From positions 352,001 through 416,000 of the forward strand of contig OZ241322.1 in NCBI GenBank assembly GCA_965199715.1: a stretch of 64,000 bases of DNA. The letters are read 5' to 3'. The stretch comes from Vicinamibacteria bacterium (GTDB lineage Bacteria; Acidobacteriota; Vicinamibacteria; Marinacidobacterales; Marinacidobacteraceae). The notes under the pieces were generated by a model. That model did no database searches, was not told the DNA's origin, and saw nothing but the letters and a program-made list of their open reading frames with translations. Every line of letters starts with the position of its first letter. Position 1 is the first letter of the stretch. Positions 56,130 to 64,000 of this stretch are shown in pieces. The translations under genes and the position numbers were made by a program.

Positions 56130-56974
56130 CAGGCGGTCCGCTCCACGAAACTGCGCGCCCGTTCGAGGCACGTCCGGGCCGCGTCCGGGCGAAGCCGGCC
56201 CTCGCTGAACTTCGCGAAGTCGGCGTAGTCGAGAATCCCGCCGAGCGCCCGAAGCTGCTCCGCCTCGAGCCGGAGGTCGAGGTCGCGGCGCATCTCGTCG
56301 CTGGTGCGCTCCAGCCAAGCGGTCTCGAACCGCCGCCCGGCGTACCGCTTCATGGCGGCGGAGAGCCGGTCGAGGAACGCCTCGACGTCGCCGGCCTCCA
56401 GTAGGCCGGACCGGGCGAGCCGCCCGAGCGCGAGATCGGCTTCGGCGGCGGGGCCGAGCGGCGGCGGAGCGGGCGCGGGTTGGCGGCGGCGCCGTCGGAA
56501 CCACCAGGCGGCGGCGACCAGCGCGAGAACTCCCAGCAGGATGAGCGCGATGAGGCCGTAGCGCGGAGGAACCCGGATCAGGAAGGGGCCGCGGATGTCG
56601 TGGACGTCGGCGAGATCTTCGGCGAGAGAGGTTGCGACCGCGATCGGGATCGGACCGGTCTCGAGCGGAGCCTCGCCCCCGACGTCGAAGCGGACCGAGG
56701 GGAACGCGCGCTCGCCGGGAAGCGCGAGCGCCATGAGCCGCATGCGGTGGACCGTCTCGCCGGCTCCCCGTTCGGTCTCGGCGGAGACGAACCGGAAGGC
56801 GTCCGATTCGGGAGCTTCGGGCGCGGGAATCCGCTCGCCCTCGGGATGCTCGACCCGCAGTTGGAGGTAGAAGACGGACCCCACCTCGATCGGCTCCTCG
56901 GGCAGGTCGGCCGTGACCCGGTATCCGGACGGCTGCGCCGCCACGAGCAGCGCGAGCAGCAGCGCCCCGGTCAT
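56129..56974 (-). CDS. Bat-operon single-TM protein (DUF4381-like)
   Basis: Signal peptide, DIRGP, TM, ERTSDE, ADFAKFS. Confidence 0.75.
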   Translation of the reverse strand: MTGALLLALLVAAQPSGYRVTADLPEEPIEVGSVFYLQLRVEHPEGERIPAPEAPESDAFRFVSAETERGAGETVHRMRLMALALPGERAFPSVRFDVGGEAPLETGPIPIAVATSLAEDLADVHDIRGPFLIRVPPRYGLIALILLGVLALVAAAWWFRRRRRQPAPAPPPLGPAAEADLALGRLARSGLLEAGDVEAFLDRLSAAMKRYAGRRFETAWLERTSDEMRRDLDLRLEAEQLRALGGILDYADFAKFSEGRLRPDAARTCLERARSFVERTA

Positions 56975-57875
56975 CGCCGGCGCCTCCCCCGCAGGCGGAA
57001 GAACCGGCGGACCGCCCCGTCCCAGGGAGCGCCGGCGGTGACCTCGACGAGATCCGCGCCCGACTCCCGAAGCGCCCGGCTCACTCCCTCGCGCTCCCGC
57101 TCGGCGCCCGTGCGGAACGCGTCCATCGTGCGCCGGTCGGACGTGTCCAGCAGGAAGAGCGCCCCGGTCTCGGCGTCCTCCACCTCGAGGAGCCCGGCGT
57201 CGGGAAGGTCGGTCTCGCGGGGGTCGGCCACCCGCACCGCGACCACGTCGTGCCGGCGGGCCGCGGCGCGCAGCGGCCGCTTCCACCGGTCCGGCGGATC
57301 GCCGAGGAAGTCGCTCAGCAGGAAGACCGTGGCCCGGCGGCGCAGGACCCGGCTCAGGTGCCCGAGCGCGCCGGCGATGTCGGTCCCGCGGCCGGCGGGC
57401 TCGTGGAAGAGCAGGTCGCGCAGCACCCGCCGCCCGTGTCGGCGGCCCTTCCGCGCCGCGAGGCGGGTCTCCACCCGGTCGGTGAACAGGAGCGCCCCCA
57501 CCCGGTCCCCGTTGCGGATCGCGGAGAACGCGAGCGCGGCTGCGACCTCGGCGGCGACGGCCCGCTTGAACGCATCGCCGCTGCCGAAGGCGAACGAGCG
57601 CGAGACGTCGAGGAGGAACAGCACCGTCAGCTCGCGCTCCTCGGTGAACTTCTTCACGTGGAGCGTCCCGGTGCGCGAGGTGACGTTCCAGTCCACCGAC
57701 CGGATGTCATCGCCGGGGAAGTACTCCCGCACCTCGGAGAACTCCATCCCCTGCCCCTTGAAGGTGCTCAGGTACTCCCCGGCGAGCGCCTCGGCCACGA
57801 GGCGGCGGGTGCGGATCTCAAGGGTCCGGACCCGCGCGAGGACCTCGGCGGCGGAGACCGGCGCGCCGGGATCGC

Positions 57876-57879
<4 letters not shown>
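56971..57879 (-). CDS. DUF58 family protein
   Basis: FKGQGMEFSEVREYFPGDDIRSVDWNVT, EERELTV, DVSRS, LSDF. Confidence 0.92.
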
Positions 57880-58847
<968 letters not shown>

Positions 58848-58950
58848 GAACGGTCGAACCCCGGAGATACCCATTCGTTCCGGGAATTCTAAGCCGCGGT
58901 CGCACCCCCGCCGCCGGCACGCTACCATCGGATCGACGGAGGCCAGTTTC

Positions 58951-60558
58951 ATGATCCGATCCCCCCTTCGCACGGCGGCTTCGCTGCTGGTCGCCGCGGC
59001 GCTGGCCGCGCCCGCGTTCGCCCAGTCGCAGCTCGGCTCGGTGGATTTCCCGAACTCGGGAAGCGAGGAGGCGCAGGACGCGTTCCAGCGCGGAATCGCC
59101 GCGCTCCACAGCTTCTGGTACGAGGAGGCCGCGGAGGCCTTCAAGAACGCGCAGGAGATCGATCCGAACTTCGCGCTCGCGTACTGGGGCGAGGCGCTCA
59201 GCCACAACCATCCGCTGTGGTCGGAGCAGGACATCAGCGCCGCCCGCGACGTGCTCAGCCGGTTCGGCGACACCCGCGCCGAGCGGATGCGAAAAACGCC
59301 GACCGAGCGCGAGCGCATGTACATGGAGGTCGTCGAGGTCCTCTACGGAGCGGGCGACAAGTACGAGCGCGACCAGCTCTACCACGACGCGCTCGCGCGG
59401 CTCGTGGCGGCGTACCCGGACGACGACGAGGCGAAGGCGTTCCACGCGCTCTCGTACCTCGGCCTCGTGCGGCGCGGCGAGCCCGGGTTCCACCGGCAGA
59501 TGAAGGCCGGCGCCATCGTGAGCCGCCTCTTCCAGGAGAAGCCGAACCACCCCGGCGCGGCCCACTACGTGATCCACTCGTTCGACGATCCGGAGCACGC
59601 GCCGCTCGCGCTGGAGGCTGCGAACCGGTACGCCGAGATCGCTCCCGAGGCGCACCACGCGCAGCACATGCCGTCGCACATCTTCCTGCAGCACGGCATG
59701 TGGAACCGCGTCTCCCGCTCCAACGACGTCGCGTACAACGCCTCGGCCAAGTGGGTCGAGGAGAAGAATCTCTCGCTGAGCAAGCGCGACTACCACAGCC
59801 TCGAGTGGAAGGCCTACGCGGATCTCCAGCGCGGCCAGTACCAGGCGGCGATGGACGCCATCGGGATCGTCGAGGAGTCCGCGGACGCCACGGACGAGCT
59901 CCGTCTGCGGCGCCTCGCGGTCGCCATGGCGGCGCGGCAGGCGATCGAGACCGGCCGCTTCGGCGACGTCGAGATGCCGTCCGGCGAGGCCGACACGGGC
60001 CGGTACAACTCCACGTCCAGCCTGTTGCTGGCGGTCGGCATGAAGGCCGGCGCGATGGGCGACGCCGCGATGGCCGACGAGGCCGCGATGCGGCTCCGGA
60101 AGCTCGCCGAGGCGCGCGACGCCGACGGCCAGTCCTACCAGGCCGACTCGGTGCGCGTCATGCAGCACGAGGTCGAGGCGCTCGCCGCGAAGGCGCGGGG
60201 CGACCTGGACGGGGCGCTCGCGCACGCCGAGATGGCGACCGACCTCGAGGAGGGGCAGGATCCGCCGTCCGGCCCGACGTACCCGATGAAGCCGTCGCAC
60301 GAGCTGCGCGGCGAGCTGTTGCTCGAGGCCGGCCAGCTCGACGAGGCCGTGCGCGTGCTCGAGGAGGGCCTGTCCCGGACCCCGAACCGGTCGCTCTCGC
60401 TGCTCGCGCTGGCGCGAGCGAAGGCCCAGCTCGGCGACGCCGCCGGCGCGAGCGCGGCGTGGACCACGCTCGAGGGCTTCCTGACCGAGGCCGACAGCGA
60501 CGTGCCGTTCCTCGGCGAGGTCCGCAGCAACACCGCGCAGACCACCGACCAGCAGTAG
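58951..60558 (+). CDS. Secreted TPR-repeat protein with conserved His motifs
   Basis: GGAGG RBS and signal peptide; LHSFWY, HPGAAHYVIHSFD, HAQHMPSHIF. Confidence 0.85.
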   Translation: MIRSPLRTAASLLVAAALAAPAFAQSQLGSVDFPNSGSEEAQDAFQRGIAALHSFWYEEAAEAFKNAQEIDPNFALAYWGEALSHNHPLWSEQDISAARDVLSRFGDTRAERMRKTPTERERMYMEVVEVLYGAGDKYERDQLYHDALARLVAAYPDDDEAKAFHALSYLGLVRRGEPGFHRQMKAGAIVSRLFQEKPNHPGAAHYVIHSFDDPEHAPLALEAANRYAEIAPEAHHAQHMPSHIFLQHGMWNRVSRSNDVAYNASAKWVEEKNLSLSKRDYHSLEWKAYADLQRGQYQAAMDAIGIVEESADATDELRLRRLAVAMAARQAIETGRFGDVEMPSGEADTGRYNSTSSLLLAVGMKAGAMGDAAMADEAAMRLRKLAEARDADGQSYQADSVRVMQHEVEALAAKARGDLDGALAHAEMATDLEEGQDPPSGPTYPMKPSHELRGELLLEAGQLDEAVRVLEEGLSRTPNRSLSLLALARAKAQLGDAAGASAAWTTLEGFLTEADSDVPFLGEVRSNTAQTTDQQ

Positions 60559-60568
60559 GCCGGCCGGT

Positions 60569-60600
60569 CCCCCCCCCCCCCCGCTCTCAGGGCGGGGGGG
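60569..60600. terminator. C14 run and GC hairpin between convergent genes
   Basis: C14 at 60569-60582; CCCCCCCGCTC-TCA-GGGCGGGGGGG, an 11-bp stem whose loop is the vWA gene stop codon. Confidence 0.5.
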
Positions 60601-61456
60601 AGTTCACGTAGCCGTTGCGGGCCCGCACCCGGATCCCGCGTCCGGGAACGCGCACCCGGATCGGCACGAATCCCTCCGCGCCGAGATCCGGCGTGAACGA
60701 AAGCACGTAGCGCACCTTCAGCTCCCGGAGGATCTCCCGGTAGGCGGCGTCCACGTCGCGGTCGGACTCGAGGACGACGACGCGCCCGCCGCTGGCCTCG
60801 GCGACTTCCTCGAGCAGCCGGACCCCGCGGCTCTGGGGCCGGCGGAAACTGGGCTGGACCGGGGCGGGCGCGAGGATCGCGTAGAAGAGCGCCTCGGAGG
60901 CCCGCGCGGCGCTGCGCAGGTGCTCCTCCCTCGACCAGCTCAGGTTGTCCTCGCCGTCGGTGAACAGGAGGAACACGCCCCTCCCCCGGTCGTCGTGCAG
61001 CGTCGCGAGCGACAGGATCACCCCGTCGCGGAGCGCCGTCGCCCCGCCGGCCGTGCGCCGGGTTCCGAAGTCCAGCCCCTCGGGACAGGGGCCGAACGGG
61101 TGCACCCAGCGGGCGAGCCGGGCGAACGCGACCACGGCGCAGGAGTCACGCTCGGTCATCCCGGCGGCGAAGGTTCGGGCGCCGTCGATCAGCCGCTGGT
61201 AGCGGTCGCCCCGCGTGCTCGAGCTCTCGTCCAACGCGAAGAGCACCGAGACGCTGAGCGCGTCCGAGTCGAGCAGCCGGAAGTCGGTCGGGACGTCGTT
61301 CACGAACAACTGGAAGTCGTCCGGGCCGAGCCCCTCGACCGGCGCGTCACCCCGGGTGACGGAAACGTCCACGAGCACCGCCCGGGTCTGGATCCGGAAC
61401 TGGGCCGCCGCGGGAGCGCCCGCCAGGAGGACGGCGAGGGTCAGCCCGAGACGCAC
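60587..61456 (-). CDS. Acidobacterial-type vWA domain protein
   Basis: FR.QTRAVLVDVSV, GLGPDDF, LDESSS, TALRD, FTDGEDN.S, SGG, YVLSFTP, VRARNGY. Confidence 0.88.
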   Translation of the reverse strand: MRLGLTLAVLLAGAPAAAQFRIQTRAVLVDVSVTRGDAPVEGLGPDDFQLFVNDVPTDFRLLDSDALSVSVLFALDESSSTRGDRYQRLIDGARTFAAGMTERDSCAVVAFARLARWVHPFGPCPEGLDFGTRRTAGGATALRDGVILSLATLHDDRGRGVFLLFTDGEDNLSWSREEHLRSAARASEALFYAILAPAPVQPSFRRPQSRGVRLLEEVAEASGGRVVVLESDRDVDAAYREILRELKVRYVLSFTPDLGAEGFVPIRVRVPGRGIRVRARNGYVNSPPP

Positions 61457-61459
61457 CGT

Positions 61460-62515
61460 TCAGGCCGGAACCAGCGCCCGGAGCCAGTCGAATCGGGACG
61501 GGGCGCCGTCGGCCCACGTCGAGAGGAAGCGCATCCACGGGAACGACCGATCCCGCCCGGCGAGATGGTCGGTCGCGAGCTCCGCGGCCTCGTCGCTGCG
61601 TCCCGACTGGTGGAGGGCCATCACGAGCGCGGCGGTCGCCGCCCCCGACGGCGGCTCGCCCCGCGCCGCCTCCACGAGTCGCGCCGCGGCGTTCTCCGCG
61701 CCCCGATCGCCGAGATCGAGCTCGACCTCGAGCAGGCGGCGAGGCACCCAAAGGCGCGGCGCGACCGGATCGCGCAGGGCGCGCATCTGGCTGTGCGCCT
61801 CGACCCGGTCGCCCGAGCCGAGCGCGGCCATCGCGAGGCGTAGGCGCAGGTCGTCGGGGTCGCCCATCGCCTGAACGAGCGGGTGGTCCGACCGCTCGCC
61901 GTCCGCGTTGCTGAAGCCCCGGGCGGCGACCGAGGCGACGAGCATGCGCGCGAATTCGGGCCAATAGTCCTGCTGGAGCAGGTACCGCGCCTGGACGCCG
62001 AGAAGCGCGGCGCGTTGCCACGCGATCGGCGGAGCGGCCGGATCCGGGGCCGACGCGAGGATCGCGCCCGCCGTGTGCAGATCGAGGATCCCGAGCGGCC
62101 GCCGGGCCGCGGCCAGATGCAGTTCCCACGAGAGCGTCCGCGGCAGCGGCGCCGACGCCGCGCCTCCCCAGCTTCGCCGCAGCGCGTCGCGCGACCGCTG
62201 GGGAACGCCCGGCGGCCAGACCTCGGGCAGCGTCCGCAGCGGCGGATCGATGAGCCGGAAGAAGAAGGCGTTCTGGTTCCCCAACCGGCCGGCGGTCTCG
62301 GCGTGCATCAGCGCCGCGAAGAACCGGAGGCGGAACCCGCGCGGCTCCGTTCCCGGCGGCGACGCCTCGAGGAACCCCTCCTGCGCGGCCGCGAGCGCGC
62401 GGTGGCCGGCGGCGACGAGCGCCCGCCCGATCGCGAAGACCTCGCCGCCGGCGTAGCCCTCGACGAGGTCGGCGTAGCGCCCCGGAGTCAGCGCCGGGGC
62501 TTCGTCCTGCGGCAC
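61460..62515 (-). CDS. Hypothetical helical/TPR-like protein
   Basis: Fills the gap between co-oriented neighbours with 3-4 nt spacing; helical repeats; ends FPWMRF. Confidence 0.65.
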   Translation of the reverse strand: MPQDEAPALTPGRYADLVEGYAGGEVFAIGRALVAAGHRALAAAQEGFLEASPPGTEPRGFRLRFFAALMHAETAGRLGNQNAFFFRLIDPPLRTLPEVWPPGVPQRSRDALRRSWGGAASAPLPRTLSWELHLAAARRPLGILDLHTAGAILASAPDPAAPPIAWQRAALLGVQARYLLQQDYWPEFARMLVASVAARGFSNADGERSDHPLVQAMGDPDDLRLRLAMAALGSGDRVEAHSQMRALRDPVAPRLWVPRRLLEVELDLGDRGAENAAARLVEAARGEPPSGAATAALVMALHQSGRSDEAAELATDHLAGRDRSFPWMRFLSTWADGAPSRFDWLRALVPA

Positions 62516-62519
62516 CCGA

Positions 62520-63578
62520 TCATGGTTCCGAGGCTGGGCCGGACGCCTCGTCCAGCGCCAAGTCCGCGAACGCCCCCGGATGGGAGAGCCGGATTTCGGA
62601 GCCGGGGCCGAGCCGGACCGGCTCCTCGAACGCGTACTTCTCGAGCCAGTCGGCGTCGATTCGCCGGATGCTGAGAAGCGGGGTCGAAGCGCCGTCCGCG
62701 GTCACGAGCTCCGCCGAGAAGGCGTCGGCGTCCGGGGGAGGCGTGAGCGCGAGCAGCCGCCCGGCTCCCGGACGAAGCGCCGGCCCGTCGGCGTGCACGA
62801 CGCGGACGGGGGAGTCCGCGTCCTCCGGCGCCGGCAGGATCCCGACCGAGGGCCGGTCGTTGAAGGCGAACCCCTCGGTCTCGAAGCCCTTGCGGTACTC
62901 GAGCTCGAGGAACAGGCCCCCGGCCCCGAGCGGGTCGAAGGTTCCCGCGGGGCGCCGGCGGGTTCCCTGCCCGACCACCCAGGTGAAGACCGGCTCGGCG
63001 TCGCAGCTCCCCCGGTAGAGGACCGCGCGGCGGAGAATCGCCACGGCGTCGCCGGGCCGCAGCTCGAATCCGCCGGCGCCGGGGAGAGGCTCGGCGTCGA
63101 GCGGAACGCAGGTTCGGAACTCGGAGGCGTCGGCCGGGATTTCGACCGGCTCGACCGGCGACGCGAGGACCGCGCCCGGCGACAGCGGCGGCGGCTCCGG
63201 AATCGGGGGCTCCCGGTCCGGACGCGGTCCCTCCGGCGCGAGGCCGATCGCCCAGTCCACGAGCATGTCGGTCTCGCGGTCGTCGAGGGTGCGACCGTGC
63301 GCCAGCCGGCCCACGCCGTCGTCCGGCAGCCACGGCGGCATCCTCCGGTGCAGCACCTGCCGCGCGATGGAGTTCGCCCACGAGACCGCCTCGGCGTACC
63401 GCATCAGGTTCACCGGCGCCGGGCCGACCCCCGAGTGGCACGACGCGCAATGCGTTTCCAGCAGCGGGCGGATCTCCCGGTAGTACGTATAGCCGGAAAG
63501 CTCCGGCTCGTGCGCCCGCGCCCCCGGCCACGCGAGGAGGACGACCCCCGCGAGAACGACGAGGAAGGCGGCTCTCAA
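62520..63578 (-). CDS. Exported c-type cytochrome-like protein
   Basis: TTG 63578 overlaps the upstream stop; signal peptide; TYYREIRPLLETHCASCH, RRMPPW. Confidence 0.75.
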   Translation of the reverse strand: MRAAFLVVLAGVVLLAWPGARAHEPELSGYTYYREIRPLLETHCASCHSGVGPAPVNLMRYAEAVSWANSIARQVLHRRMPPWLPDDGVGRLAHGRTLDDRETDMLVDWAIGLAPEGPRPDREPPIPEPPPLSPGAVLASPVEPVEIPADASEFRTCVPLDAEPLPGAGGFELRPGDAVAILRRAVLYRGSCDAEPVFTWVVGQGTRRRPAGTFDPLGAGGLFLELEYRKGFETEGFAFNDRPSVGILPAPEDADSPVRVVHADGPALRPGAGRLLALTPPPDADAFSAELVTADGASTPLLSIRRIDADWLEKYAFEEPVRLGPGSEIRLSHPGAFADLALDEASGPASEP

Positions 63579-64000
63579 GACCCTTCCCCCGGAAGTCCGC
63601 GCATCCCCTCGGCGAAGATCTCGTACGCCTCCAGCACCCGCAGCCGATCGCCCTCGTCGCCGTACAGGTCGAGCAGCCAGGCGCCCCGGATGATGCGCTT
63701 GAGAGCCGGCCACGGCCGGTCGTCCTCGACGCGCTCGCCCCAGGCCAGCGCCAGATCCTTGGCCTCCAGCGCGGGGATGAAGAGGTCGGCCCAACGGCCG
63801 TCGGCGATGAGGCCCCGCACCCTCCGGTCGCGCTCCCGAATCGCGGCGAGAATATCGCGGGACTCGTCGGGGACGACGAGCTCCGCGAGCCCGGCGGGAA
63901 CGGGCGGCGCCGCCCCGAGCTCCCGCAGCTCGGCCTCGGACAGGAAGACGAAGTCGAACCGGTCCGCGTCGTCCTCGTTCGGGAACGTCACGAACGCGGT
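63575..64000 (-). CDS. Hypothetical protein (partial, starts beyond window)
   Basis: Open frame to the edge; PALEAKDLAL...AWLLDLYGD.G; stop coupled to the cytochrome gene. Confidence 0.7.
   Translation of the reverse strand, partial: TAFVTFPNEDDADRFDFVFLSEAELRELGAAPPVPAGLAELVVPDESRDILAAIRERDRRVRGLIADGRWADLFIPALEAKDLALAWGERVEDDRPWPALKRIIRGAWLLDLYGDEGDRLRVLEAYEIFAEGMRGLPGEGS

Overview
Very GC-rich bacterial chromosomal segment, most consistent with Acidobacteriota (inferred from an Acidobacterial-type vWA gene and the rplM-rpsI-rpsB-tsf-pyrH-frr order). Most long ORFs in the supplied track are antisense or off-frame shadows. Housekeeping content: tolQ-tolR-tolA/tonB-tolB-pal-cpoB followed by two ssb paralogues; recN-miaB-DUF151-parA-parB; hflKC; pilMNOPQ; a ribosomal/translation operon; two separate MoxR/DUF58/vWA operons; and two decayed remnants of defence-type helicase or nuclease genes. 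Signals the ORF track misses: (1) a redox operon with two genes split by an in-frame UGA at the catalytic Cys position, each followed by a similar SECIS-like hairpin (predicted peroxiredoxin-like and OsmC-like selenoproteins); (2) a 28-bp dif-like site at 14396-14423, about 3 kb from a non-canonical parAB pair that is followed by two palindromes; (3) a double-OB-fold SSB translationally coupled to a second, unannotated SSB; (4) a recurrent TANNNT-N6-start arrangement suggesting leaderless mRNAs; (5) a terminator-like hairpin in the rplM leader. No rRNA, tRNA, CRISPR array or intact IS element was recognised. All family assignments are by motif recognition, not database search.
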